Below, piece by piece: positions 33,001 to 42,591 of a stretch of 64,000 nt of DNA (positions are counted from its first letter, which is position 1; each line of letters begins with the position of its first letter). This DNA is from Caecitellus pseudoparvulus (Eukaryota; Protista; Bigyra: Bicosoecida). The stretch lies in contig CBFFRQ010000080.1 of NCBI GenBank assembly GCA_965644315.1, forward strand, positions 425,580 through 489,579, written 5' to 3'. The notes beneath the pieces were generated by a model. The model did not search any database, had not been told where the DNA came from, and worked only from the letters and a program-made list of their open reading frames with translations. The position numbers were made by a program, and so were the translations under genes.

Positions 33001-35562
33001 AGCGCTGGAGCCAGCGCTGGCATCTCCTTGGGCTGCTGCCTGCTGCGCGTTGGCTTCTGCAGTGCAGGCATTCATGACGTCTCGGATGGCCTCCAGCACG
33101 GCCTTGAAGTTGTTCTCTTTACCCCGCCTGCGCACAAGCAAATTGAATGTGTCGTACACATCCTCGCCCTTCGTCTGACCAGGCCACGGCGCGTCGTGGC
33201 TGAGATGTGAGCCACCAACTCCCACCAGCGCCGCTGAGCGCACTGTCACCTCCCCCATGCCGCCTGTGCGCTTCGCTTTCCCCTTGGCATCCTTGGCATC
33301 ATGCACGGCAGACATGTCCAAGTGGTACTGATTACCGTCCAACGCCAAGGTAAAGGTGCGATGGGTTCCACGGGGGCCTTCCGGCTGCCCAGCCTCCCGT
33401 CGCCGGGCGGCCTCCACCGGGTCGTTCATGATGTTCCCGTCCTCGTCCACCACCTTAACGACCTCTGCCGCCCGCACATATGTGATTCCCAGGCGCCATG
33501 GCAGGCCAGCGTCGTCTTCCGGCTGGACCCGGCGCTTGGGCGCAGGTGCTGAAGGGTCTGAAGTGTCCCCTGCACGTGCTCGAGACGCCGCGGCGACCGC
33601 CTCTGCCTGCTCCACATCTGCGTGCTCGGCGCGGATGGTGAGCATGAAGACCACATCGTGCTCCCTGATCTCATCCCACTCCTCCTTCATGCGGGCGTTG
33701 CGGGATGCAAGGTTCAGTGTGACTTCCCCCCGCACCTCGGCTGGGGCCACTTCCCCTGCTCGAGGCGCCTTGACATCCACGATGGAGAAGTCCCCGCGCT
33801 TCAGAGGCAAGGCCATCCTGGACCAGCCACCAAACGTCGTGGAGCTGCGCGCGAAGCCGCCCTCGTCGTACGTGGTGGTCACCTTGGGCTGCATGCGGGC
33901 GACAGCGTCGGACAGGTCCGCCCGCAGCTCGTACGCAGCCTCCAGGCGGTACAAGTTAAAGGAGCGCAAGAGGTAGTCAGACAATGTCAAGAACTGCAAG
34001 TTCAACTTCGGCAACGCCAGCATGCGCCCAGGGGCGTACCGCCCGAAAGGCACCAAGTTGTCATCCCACAGCAAGCGCTCCGTCGGGTACAGTGGCAAGG
34101 CGTTCATCTCGCTCGTCGCAGATGCGTGGGGAGCATGGTGCTGCAGCAGCACAGACATGATGAAATCACGAGACAGCTTCTTGGGGCACAGCGGAGAGGG
34201 CGCTGCTGTCTCCTGGTCCTCGGCGTCCTCCCTGCTTCGCTTGGAGCCCCCTACGGATACGGCGGGCCCTTGCCCGGCGTCGGCATCCGCACCTTCGTCC
34301 ACTGTAGCACCATGAGGCAGCAAATGCAGCCACTGGGCGATTCTCAGCAGCGTTGGGGTGTCCAGACTCGAGAGGGCCTTGCCCAGAGCTGGACTGGTTG
34401 CCAGCGTGCCCACAGCCGCCAATGCCGTGTCTTCGCAGGTTGACGGCAGAAAGCGGTACAGCAGGCGCTGAAGAAGCTGCAAGCGTGCGTACTGAGCTGC
34501 ACGTGATGCTGCTGGAGATACAGGGGTGGACCCGTGGTGCGCAACCTCAAAAGTCACCTGGAACTCCAGCATGTCAGTCAGCTGGCGCAGGATGCGGCCG
34601 TTCGAGGCCCGGAGCGCTGCTGAGCGGCGCAGGCGCAGGACTGAGTGTGCGTCCTGCAGCACGGTCAGGAACATGTGCCGAGTGGGGGGCTGGGCCAGCA
34701 AGTCTGCGAGCAGCTCCAGCCCACGAGCGAGGAACGCCACCTGAGGCGCAGGCACCCCCTCCTCGGACTCCAGGGCAGGGTCCTCTGCAGTGGCCAGCAG
34801 ATCGCCAAGAAGAGTGGGCAAGAGGTTCGTCTCAAGCCACTTGCCGCGAGAGGCGACGTCAAGTCCCCAGGGTGCTTGGCGCTGGGTGTCTGGGCTGCCA
34901 GAGCCGCGAGCAACCTTGGCAGGTGGCTGAAGAGGCACGTGGGAGGCTTGCGAGCGCGGCTGGACATCAGCCGGGGCAGCTTTGCTCTGCACACTCGTCC
35001 ATGCACGGCGTAGACGGGGAGTGCTCTGCAACGTGCTGGCCACCGCCGCTGGCGACGCAGAGAGCCAGGTGGGCATGCTGCAGAGTCGCAGGAGCGGCTT
35101 GCGCACGGCCGGCACCTCCAGGGATGCAAAGGCGCAATTCAAAAAGTGCAGGACGGCAGTGAATGCTGGAGTGGTGAACTGGGCTGGGTGACTCCAGCGC
35201 AGTCCCGCAGCGGCATGAATGAGGCCAGCAACCGCCTCAGGCTTCACCGCCTGAGCTGACTTCCAGGCCTGCGTGCCTGCGTCGTGCTTGGCATTCATCA
35301 AGATCACCATGGACATGATATGCTCGAACACGTGTGTGTCAGGTGTGAAGGTGGGCCATAGGTACTGCTCCAGATACCCTGTCACCTCCAGCACGCTCAG
35401 AGCTTGACTGGACGCAGCCCGATCAGGCTGCAAATGCTCCTCGTACAGACGCTTCACCAACGCATGATCCACTGAGCCAACGGGTCCTGAACCCCACGTT
35501 TCTCGGGCCAAGCGTGCTAGTGAATCCTGCTGCACCACAGAAACAGTCAACGAGCTTGGCAT
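30082..35562 (-). CDS. AQR: Intron-binding spliceosomal SF1 RNA helicase Aquarius, with a C-terminal acidic repeat and SAP-like domain
   Basis: Contains LE...YLEQYLWP, PLYPTE, LALPKLNLQFLT..DYLLR, ENNFKAVLE, Walker A GPPGTGKT, AMTCTHAAL, MEEAAQVLE, IGDHKQLPP, QNLGEAEY and TVDRFQGQQND. Confidence 0.97.
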   Translation of the reverse strand: MPSSLTVSVVQQDSLARLARETWGSGPVGSVDHALVKRLYEEHLQPDRAASSQALSVLEVTGYLEQYLWPTFTPDTHVFEHIMSMVILMNAKHDAGTQAWKSAQAVKPEAVAGLIHAAAGLRWSHPAQFTTPAFTAVLHFLNCAFASLEVPAVRKPLLRLCSMPTWLSASPAAVASTLQSTPRLRRAWTSVQSKAAPADVQPRSQASHVPLQPPAKVARGSGSPDTQRQAPWGLDVASRGKWLETNLLPTLLGDLLATAEDPALESEEGVPAPQVAFLARGLELLADLLAQPPTRHMFLTVLQDAHSVLRLRRSAALRASNGRILRQLTDMLEFQVTFEVAHHGSTPVSPAASRAAQYARLQLLQRLLYRFLPSTCEDTALAAVGTLATSPALGKALSSLDTPTLLRIAQWLHLLPHGATVDEGADADAGQGPAVSVGGSKRSREDAEDQETAAPSPLCPKKLSRDFIMSVLLQHHAPHASATSEMNALPLYPTERLLWDDNLVPFGRYAPGRMLALPKLNLQFLTLSDYLLRSFNLYRLEAAYELRADLSDAVARMQPKVTTTYDEGGFARSSTTFGGWSRMALPLKRGDFSIVDVKAPRAGEVAPAEVRGEVTLNLASRNARMKEEWDEIREHDVVFMLTIRAEHADVEQAEAVAAASRARAGDTSDPSAPAPKRRVQPEDDAGLPWRLGITYVRAAEVVKVVDEDGNIMNDPVEAARRREAGQPEGPRGTHRTFTLALDGNQYHLDMSAVHDAKDAKGKAKRTGGMGEVTVRSAALVGVGGSHLSHDAPWPGQTKGEDVYDTFNLLVRRRGKENNFKAVLEAIRDVMNACTAEANAQQAAAQGDASAGSSAFTLMSTAGAVSAAGGAAAAGAAALPPWLRGVLLGYGDPAAAHPSRLPPSAQVMDELDWSDTFLDGAHAVASFPSCEVALQVAEPASTDADAVLALQEDDPASTSSAWDPSKWTMKAVPLDQASTLRPPFRVKRVAGVVGAPTSVVITAYPPPTPGPFPADTPPANNVPFTPTQVSAIDQGMSHGLTLIVGPPGTGKTDTAVQIISNLYHNFPSQKILLVTHSNQALNDLFAKLTARNIAHRHMLRLGAGSRDLADTVQGADFSKWGRVESTLARRSQLLAMVGHLGTTLGVPGAVGYTAETAGHFYLNHVLARIEAFQVEARAAVAGGTPSGAWVAEHFPFATYFSSAPGGLQGLFPEGQSFAAAMRAARSCFRHLRGVFDEVADYRPFELLRTQRLRTDFMLTKQARIVAMTCTHAALTRRRLIDLGFKYDSVVMEEAAQVLEVETLLPFVCQRQDMGEAHRLKRVVLIGDHKQLPPVVQSMALGQWSGLEQSMFTRLVRLEVPATTLNAQGRARPDMAALFNWQYGGLQNLPRVCSGPAYSTANAGFARTHQFVEVTDFNGVGESVPSPHFFQNLGEAEYMVATFMYMRILGYPAERISMLTTYNGQKHLLRDVVAARCAPYPWLGTPAHITTVDRFQGQQNDYVLLSLVRTRHVGHIRDVRRLVVAMSRARLGLYVFGRLQLFKDCFDISHVFSALAQHGTHLQLVPGETWPTQRLAVDVPEPFQVADVTSMGQLVHQMNSATEATLAAQAAAQHEPSAVPGSIPVEADEAPAQGQTSEPGQCQAEAAGGASEEGAEAAGGASVEGAEAAGGASEEGAEAAGGASVEGAEAAGGASEEGAEAAGGASEEGAEAAGGASEEGAEAAGGGASVEGAEAAGGASEEGAEAAGGGSEEGAEAAGGGSEEGAEAAGGGSEEGGEAAVEAAFSDSKAGMRLKAVELRELCGAAGLSKSGKKADMVARLLETWGKA
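30241..30639. repeat. Coding minisatellite: 12 copies of a 33-bp unit (one is 36 bp) encoding AEAAGG(A/G)S(E/V)EG in AQR
   Basis: Tandem copies of GCCCTCCTCACTGGCACCACCCGCTGCCTCGGC are directly visible. Confidence 0.95.
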
Positions 35563-36490
35563 GGCCGGGATTTGGGCGAAGCTGCACAGCTGCGGAAATG
35601 CCTGCGATCAAAAACCGCAGGGGGGCGAGTGATGCGGCTGCCGCGGGGGAACACGCAAAGGTCTCAAGCAGTGTGCGGGTGCCTTCTCAAGCTGTGTTCG
35701 TTTCGCTGACACAGCTCCCTAGGTTTCACCCTCAGGGTCACGGGGCCGGTGGAGCTAGCATGCCAGCCCACTGGCTCACGCTCCCTGGTGCTGTTCTCCG
35801 GCGGTAGAAACACAGCCAGTCAAACCTTTGCACTGCCTGCTCAAATGCGCCGTCTCAGAGGAAAAGCGGACACCGGCACGTACCTTTGCTGCAGCTCCTG
35901 CCGCGTCAATCTGCAGGTGCTTGGGCGACTGAAGCGGGCGCAGCCAGAGCGTGGAGCCGGCAGCCGTTTGATGCAAGGCGGCTGCAAGCTGGTGCCGGCT
36001 GCAGATCTGTTTAGCATGCGTCCTTCTAAACCACGCAAAGAACGTGCTTTTAGCGTGGTTTGAAATTGACTTGCTTGCACAAGTGCGGACGCCTTTTCCC
36101 GCGTGGCAATTTTGGTACTCTTCACGTACTCTTACGTGCGGCTACAAGACTGGCCTTTGTGATTTTTGAAGGCTCTAAGAACAAAACACAAGGCATGACA
36201 CAAGGCTCGTGTCCAGCGGAAGGGGACTATAGGCGCCCCCTACCACAAGGACTGAAGCGACTCACATGCCGTGCCTTTTGGAGCTATCAAGGCCTTCTCA
36301 AGAGGCACGTACTCTGCCGCATTTGGATTCCTTGCGAGACCTGAGGCACTGACAGTCTGCTTGGGGCATTGGAGGGATTGAACCCGACACAACCACGTGT
36401 ACAGGAGTGGAGTTGTGATTGGACACTTGATTGCTGCTGTCGGTTGGCTCGAGCGTGCCTTTCAGGGGTTTGAAAGCAAGCAGTACTGTC

Positions 36491-39400
36491 ATGAACCAAT
36501 TTCCGCAGCAAGCTGTCGATAGTGCCCGTCCCCAGAGGGGAGGCAGAGTGCAAGGGCATGCAGCACGATTCAAGAGCACTATATCATGCAGCTCACCTGG
36601 ACATGCGCGCGCCCTGGCTGCTCTTGGAGGCAGAAAGCGCCCGAGACATGACCCTCATGCAGTGCATGGACTCGGGGCTTGTGCAGAGCTTGGCAGGGCA
36701 GAGCAATTGCTCGATGCGGCTCTGGCCGGTGGGGAAGAGCTGCAGCGAGGAGTTCCAGCAGAACTGCTGCTACCTAGGCGAGCGCCTTGCTTCCTCATGC
36801 CGCTGTACAAGGTCCACAACACTCTGCGGCAGGCAGCTATAGCGAGCGGTGCAGAGGAATCCCAGCTGCCGTTGCGACTGTCGAGTCACGGTGCCCACTC
36901 CGTGAGGGAGTGCACAGGCAGGTACAACGTACTGAGAGCTTCAGACGGTGTGGTGTTCCAAGACAAGGACGTCATCCCTCCCCCCGTGGCAAAGGCGTCC
37001 AACACAGCGGCCGCCGCCGCTGCCCTGCGTGGCCTGCCTTGCGGAGTGGAGCGAAAGGCACAGCGTAAGGCCAGCAAGGGGCGTCTACGTCCCACCCGAC
37101 GTGTGATCATGTGGGACTTGTCCTGTGGCCGGGAGCGCCTCCCTATCCCCGTGGTTGTGGATTCAGAGCAAGACATCCCTCACCACAGCCTGCAACGTTT
37201 GTTGCTGGCTGCTCTGCACTACACGCCGGCGTACCTGGGCAAAGACCACCTGCAGGAAGAGCTGACCAAAACGCCAGTCGACCAAGATGCTGCTGCAGGG
37301 GACGACACCCGCGGCGTGCCTGTGCTGGACAACACTCACTGGCACACGCTCGCCGCCGCTGCCGACCTACAACGGGAGGCGACCCGGGTTGAGGCCCACG
37401 ACGTTGAAGACGCAGAGACTGTGGATGAAGGGGCAACCACGCCCCCCTGGTCGCCCCCTCAGGCCCTGGTAGCCAGGGGATCAGGGCTGGCCCTTGCCCA
37501 ACTTGAAGATGGGCCAGTATTGGAGGATTGGTCGCGGCTCGGGAGCAGCAAGGTGCAGTGGGGGACACCTCGTCGCTCGAGTGCGGCTCGGGCACCACGC
37601 TTCCCTCAAACCCGGCCGCTGGACTTCACATCGAGCTTCAAGTTTGTAGACTCGGCAGTGCAAGAGCGTGTAAAGCAGCGCAAGAACAAGCACGTGTACA
37701 GCCTGTCAGAGAATTGCGTGATTGATGCGGCACCTCACCTTGCTGGGGTAGTGCCAGTGCGCAAAGAGACCTGCACTCCTGCCCTCAAGGCCTTCAGTCT
37801 CTCCGTAGAGGGCATGCTGGCAAGGCTACCTACGCGTGCCTTGCCCCTGGCCCAGCTTCGAGCCCGGTCTTTTTTCGTGGAGGACTGGCCGGCTGGAGCT
37901 GAGGGCCCATGTACCGAGGAGGCTGCTCGCCAAGAGATGGTGGACATGTTGGCGCGATATCAGCCCCTTCTTCACTGGTCAGGCATTGTAGATGGGGACG
38001 GCCGGGCCCAGCTTCCACGCTTTGACGCCCGCGGCTGCTTGCAGTGGCTCACAGTCAACCCAGCTTTGGTCAAGGCTGGTGGAGATTGGGGCAGCAGCTT
38101 TGGCCGCTCTCTGCCAATGTACGGAGGATCTATCGTGGGCAGGGAAACTGCTCAGTGGGGCTCGAAGTCTCCCGCTACTTCGCACAGTGGGGCCTTTGAC
38201 ATGCACAGCTGCCCAGGCCGCGGCACCAGCCCTCCGTGGATCCCGCTGCAAGATGCCGCCACTGGTTTCGCGCTGAGCACCCTACCGCCGCCAACCCGCG
38301 TGGTGACGGGGAGCGGGCATGCAGCTTGGCGAGTGGCCTTGCCGCAGACTCAAGTGGGTGTGCAGCCGAGTGGTGAAGGCGAGAGCCCCTCCCATTTTTT
38401 CCTGCCTCTGGCCTCCGAGGGTGTGGATGTCCTGGCGTCGCCTGTGGTCGAGGCAGTTGGGCAGGTGCCTCACGGGGATTGTGACCATTGTCATGACGTG
38501 GTGCAGCGTGGCTTGCGCTGGCCCCTGGAGGTGTTCTGGTCTGGTTTCGCCGCCAAGGGTTTCGGAGTTCGCAGTCGGTGTGACATTCCGAAGGGCGCCT
38601 TCGTCTCGCTGTACGCGGGCGTCGTCACAACGCAGCCCGTCGCATGTGGCTCATACGTCCTCAGCATGGACGCCCTGCGTCTGTACCTCGAGCGCGATCC
38701 AGACGAGCGGCCTGCCTACAAGCGGGAGGCCCAGCGCATGTGGAAGAGTGCAGCGCAGCTTCGGGAGCGACCAGACGCCTTGCACAGGGGCATCGCAGGT
38801 GCCAGCGGCCACAACCCTTGTGGGGAGGGCGTGCAAGATCCGGAGCCAGCGTTTGGTCTGGGGGTTGGCGCATTGCCAGAGGGTGATCCCTCAGCCCCTG
38901 GCAGTGAGTGGCTGACGCACACTCCCGGAGCTGAGACACTGTGCGTGGACGCCAGTGTGTACAGCAACGTCGGGCGCTTTTTCAACCACAGCTGCCACCC
39001 CAACATGGTGCCGGTGCCAGTCATGTACGGCCTGCACCATGACGTGCGGGTGCCGGCGCTGGCCCTGTTCGCGTCCAAGGACATCCCTGCAGGAGAGGAG
39101 CTGACCTGGTACTATGTTGAGAAGTTCGGCACCAAAGGTGAAGGGGCAAAGCACTCCCACCCCAATGGTAAGTCAGTTACCTACTGCTTGTGTGATTGGG
39201 AGCACCTGTGTGAGAACTTCCCCCCCAAGAGATTCTGGGCGCGCCCGCCGCACATGATGCATTGGACGCCGGGGGAGGTGTTGCAGGCGTCGGCCCAGAG
39301 CAGGGCAAGGAATGCGTCGTCTGCACACCCGCAAGCTGCAGCCGGAAAGACTCAGCGCAACCGAATGCGACGGCAGCGCAAGAAGCAGCGGCGACGGGAG

Positions 39401-39832
39401 CGAGCCTCCCGGGCAAGGATTGCGCGGCTGCATGCACAGCAACAGCAGGCATTAGAAGCGACCAAGAGGGCTGAGTTGGAAGCCCAGCGCCGAGAGCGCC
39501 GCCAAAAGCGCACGGCTGAGGCTTCAGCATCTGCCTCCGAACACCTAGCCCCACCAGTCACGCTGCAGAGCGAGACGCTGGCAAGCATGACAGCCGGGAT
39601 GGGGTTCACGGCTCCACACAGCACAGTAGATCCACACAGCAGGCACACACGGCAGCCCGAAATCTACCTGCCAGGTCATGCATCCTTGGAAACGGATCGC
39701 GCTCGGCTAGTTAGCAGCGAGGTGGGCGTGCAGGGGCGGGGCGTGGGTGTGGGCTCCGACGGCGACGTCATCCTGATCTCCAGCTCGGACTCACCACCTG
39801 ATATAGACAGTGACACAGACAGCGTGTTGTAG
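36491..39832 (+). CDS. SUV39/SETDB-type SET-domain histone lysine methyltransferase-like protein (start uncertain)
   Basis: Contains DLSCGRE..PIPVV, VVQRG...LEVF...KGFGVR...IPKGAFVSLYAG, VDA....NVGRFFNHSC.PN, DIPAGEELTWYY and post-SET CLC....C. Confidence 0.8.
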   Translation: MNQFPQQAVDSARPQRGGRVQGHAARFKSTISCSSPGHARALAALGGRKRPRHDPHAVHGLGACAELGRAEQLLDAALAGGEELQRGVPAELLLPRRAPCFLMPLYKVHNTLRQAAIASGAEESQLPLRLSSHGAHSVRECTGRYNVLRASDGVVFQDKDVIPPPVAKASNTAAAAAALRGLPCGVERKAQRKASKGRLRPTRRVIMWDLSCGRERLPIPVVVDSEQDIPHHSLQRLLLAALHYTPAYLGKDHLQEELTKTPVDQDAAAGDDTRGVPVLDNTHWHTLAAAADLQREATRVEAHDVEDAETVDEGATTPPWSPPQALVARGSGLALAQLEDGPVLEDWSRLGSSKVQWGTPRRSSAARAPRFPQTRPLDFTSSFKFVDSAVQERVKQRKNKHVYSLSENCVIDAAPHLAGVVPVRKETCTPALKAFSLSVEGMLARLPTRALPLAQLRARSFFVEDWPAGAEGPCTEEAARQEMVDMLARYQPLLHWSGIVDGDGRAQLPRFDARGCLQWLTVNPALVKAGGDWGSSFGRSLPMYGGSIVGRETAQWGSKSPATSHSGAFDMHSCPGRGTSPPWIPLQDAATGFALSTLPPPTRVVTGSGHAAWRVALPQTQVGVQPSGEGESPSHFFLPLASEGVDVLASPVVEAVGQVPHGDCDHCHDVVQRGLRWPLEVFWSGFAAKGFGVRSRCDIPKGAFVSLYAGVVTTQPVACGSYVLSMDALRLYLERDPDERPAYKREAQRMWKSAAQLRERPDALHRGIAGASGHNPCGEGVQDPEPAFGLGVGALPEGDPSAPGSEWLTHTPGAETLCVDASVYSNVGRFFNHSCHPNMVPVPVMYGLHHDVRVPALALFASKDIPAGEELTWYYVEKFGTKGEGAKHSHPNGKSVTYCLCDWEHLCENFPPKRFWARPPHMMHWTPGEVLQASAQSRARNASSAHPQAAAGKTQRNRMRRQRKKQRRRERASRARIARLHAQQQQALEATKRAELEAQRRERRQKRTAEASASASEHLAPPVTLQSETLASMTAGMGFTAPHSTVDPHSRHTRQPEIYLPGHASLETDRARLVSSEVGVQGRGVGVGSDGDVILISSSDSPPDIDSDTDSVL

Positions 39833-39857
39833 TGCCCCCTTGCCGCCGATCCTGTTG

Positions 39858-40391
39858 TCAACGGGGTGAGGTTGTTGGGAAGCTTGCTGAGTCGTTGGCC
39901 GGTGTCTGTGGTCCGGCGGCCGCCGCTGCCGTCGTGCCAGTGTGTGACGGGGGAAGCGGTTCGCCCGAGGCTGAGCTATCTACCCTATTTCCCCCTTTAG
40001 CGCGCCATTGACTGACCTTGTCTTTTGCCTTGCGCAGCGCGTCTTTGGTGGCCGTGGCAGCCTTCGAAAGCGCCTGCTTGCGCTCTTGCCTGCGCTCCTC
40101 CCGCAGTTGGTCTCGGTTGTACGCTTGGTATGCGCCAGCGGCGAGACCGATGCCCAAAATGCAGGCTCCCGTGACAAGTAAGGGGTCTGCTTCGAAGGAT
40201 AAGGTGAACTTCGAGTTGGCGTGTTGAGGGCCAGCTGCGGAGTTAGAGGCCCAGCGCCGGCCCTGAGCCACTGAGAAGCACCAGGGCAGCCCCAGGCGGC
40301 CATGCACACTCTCGTGCGGGTAAACTTGACAAAGAAGGGAAGCAGCGCGGCGTTGTGCACCGCGAGTCACGAGAAGTTTCCCTTGAAGCAT
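39858..40391 (-). CDS. Hypothetical single-TM protein with a mitochondrial presequence-like N-terminus and a coiled coil
   Basis: Arg-rich N-terminus ending RRWAS, a hydrophobic segment LLVTGACILGIGLAAGAY, then a charged helix. Confidence 0.5.
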   Translation of the reverse strand: MLQGKLLVTRGAQRRAASLLCQVYPHESVHGRLGLPWCFSVAQGRRWASNSAAGPQHANSKFTLSFEADPLLVTGACILGIGLAAGAYQAYNRDQLREERRQERKQALSKAATATKDALRKAKDKVSQWRAKGGNRVDSSASGEPLPPSHTGTTAAAAAGPQTPANDSASFPTTSPR

Positions 40392-40695
40392 TGTCACCTG
40401 TGGGTTGTGGCGTATCACGACGCACTTTGGCGCTCGCAAGCTGGTGGGAGTGAAAGGAAGTGCCAGTAGAGTCTGCATGAGAAGCTTGCTCAGCTAAAGT
40501 CTACGGAGTGCCCTTGGATTGTGATGTCGGCCCTTCCTGTCGTGTCGGGCATTCTGGACACTCGCACGAGGGAGGGGTCAAGATGCGGCCCGCCAACCCC
40601 TTCGCGACCTCCAAACTCTCGAGTCTTCGACTACCAAGCGCCCGAGTCTTGCTAAGCGAACAAGAACCTTTGCTGGCCGCTAAGTCACCCCTCCG

Positions 40696-41615
40696 TCAGG
40701 ACTTGTCGGCATCTCGCCCTGAGAGCCCCGCCTGAATGAGCACCTCCCGGGCTGTGTTGTTGATGAGCTTGAAGCGCGACGGTCCCAGGAGGACCCCGCC
40801 GTACCAGCGCGTGACGACAACCATGCCCTGTGTCACATCCATCATCTCCAGCAGCATGCTCATGCGCCCCCCAGCCGCATCCTCCCCGTCCTCATCATTG
40901 TCGCTGTGCAGGACGCCTTGGGAATCAGTGAAGCGGTATGCCATCATGTTGTGTGTCGCACGGGCGATGTGGCGGTCTGACAGAAGGCTCCGCATGACCG
41001 CCTGCACTTCTTCTACTGAATGTACTTCTGCTGCGTGCCCTAGAAACTGTGGCAGTGCAGAGGGGGAGGGGCGTGCATCTGCAGGCGAGGTGCGGAAATC
41101 ACTTGCGGAGCACGCACAGTGCTCTTTCGCTCCACGACCGGGTCTCCGTGCACGATGGGGGGACAGGGTACACTGGAAACACAAGTCCCAGCCCTTTGTT
41201 CCTCGGTTGTAGCCGGTGCAGCTGCTTCAACTGCCTCTGGCGCACTTGAGTGTGCTTCTTGCCAGTCTTGGCTGGCTCCTTCAGCCACTGCGATGCACGG
41301 CAGCAACACCATGTCCCCGTCCGCCATGGAAATCGTATCCTGCAGCTCTGCCTTTAACTCATCCACCTCAGTCACAGTCACCCCCACTCTTGTGTCCATC
41401 GTGGCCGAGGGTGGCTCAGTCGGATACCCAGCCGGTACATGCAGACGGAGCGTGAGTGCTGGCAGCTCCACGCTCAGCACACGTCGAGCGTGGATCCAGC
41501 GCGCTGCCTCTGGATACGCTGCGCTTACTGCCTCCAGCTCTTCCGACAGCAACTCCTCTCCGTCCTCCGTAGCCACATTACTGCTGCCGGGCTGCGTCTC
41601 AAATGACGCCGCCAT
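40696..41615 (-). CDS. IMPACT: IMPACT/YIH1 protein (RWD + UPF0029 domains), one intron
   Basis: RWD motifs EELEAVSAAYP and PAGYPTEPP, plus G.P..ERKST|FLGHAA, ATHNMMAYR, DNDEDGEDAAG and VVVTRWYGGVLLGPSRFKLIN. Confidence 0.92.
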
Positions 41616-41831
41616 CGCCGGTACACGCTCAAGGCCCGCTAGCTGGCCCGCAGTGATCCGCAGTGGGTGCAGTACAAGCAAAAGTTTGAGGAACACATGA
41701 ATCTTCAGCCTCTTTCCACACTGTATTGAATTGTGGCCTCTCCTGAATTCTGAGAGGTGTTTCCCAGCAGGGGCCTGGCCAATTTCCGCACTCCGCCTCC
41801 TTTCGTACCCAGGACAAGCTCCACTGCAGCC

Positions 41832-42120
41832 ATGCTGTGTAGGCAGCTCACGTGGGGCACTCTTATCATTCTGATCATTGGAATCGCTATCGCAGTGGGG
41901 GGTGAAGCGGCCCTGTCTTGGGTAAGACCCGGTGCTCAGGCGCTTCCTGGCTTGGATGGTGCACACTCTCGTTTGGCCCGTCGCTCCTGCACAGTGGCTC
42001 CTGGCGTCCATCTTCGGGCTCTTGCTGGTCGCAGACTTGATGTTTAGCAATTCCAACCACTTCATTTTCGACCCAGACCTCAAGAACTATGCGCGCAAGT
42101 CTGCGGCAGCTTCGCAGTAG
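41832..42120 (+). CDS. Small (71 aa) two-TM hypothetical protein; exons 41832-41921 and 41995-42120
   Basis: A GTAAGA...GCACAG intron joins two hydrophobic ORF fragments in frame. Confidence 0.55.
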
Positions 42121-42591
42121 CACGCACTGTACACGGCTTCCGTCGCGGAGTCGTCTTGCCTCAAGGCTTCAGCGTTGCGAAGGAGCTCTGGCTTGCTTCA
42201 GACGGTGGCAGGCACTTGCTTTCTCTCGCACGGCTGTCCGCTGGCTGACTTGGCTGCTCGCAGGGTGGCTCTGTCCGCGCCGCGCGTGCAGAGATGAGGC
42301 CGGCCCTACGGTGGTGTGCACGGCTACTTCTCCAAAATCAAGCACCACCAGGAGGTGGTGTCTGCACGGTCAGCAGGAGTGCCGCGGGTTTTGCTGTCGG
42401 CTTGTAGGGTTTGTTGAGGTGCCAGCCGTCTCTGATCAGTCATCAAGTTCGGATGCGCCTTGCAAAATACACAGAGCGAAAGCAGGTAGCCCATGCAGCT
42501 CCTGGCCACAGCACCCCGAGAGTAGCCGCTGATGCTGCGCCAAGTGCAGGAGCTGGACAGTTTGCGGAATTCGGTCTGCACAGCCAGCGTC

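Noticed and set aside
36060-36180. U4/U5 snRNA-like motifs (GCCTTTTCC, GGCAATTTTGG, GATTTTTGAAGGCTC)
   Set aside because: The U5 loop requires GCCUUUUAC in a closing stem, and U4 needs the U6-pairing 5' end. Neither is present.
42365-42450. Minus-strand TTGATGA...CTGA pair suggesting another C/D snoRNA
   Set aside because: There is no terminal stem, no clear C'/D' boxes, and only ~8 nt of rRNA complementarity.
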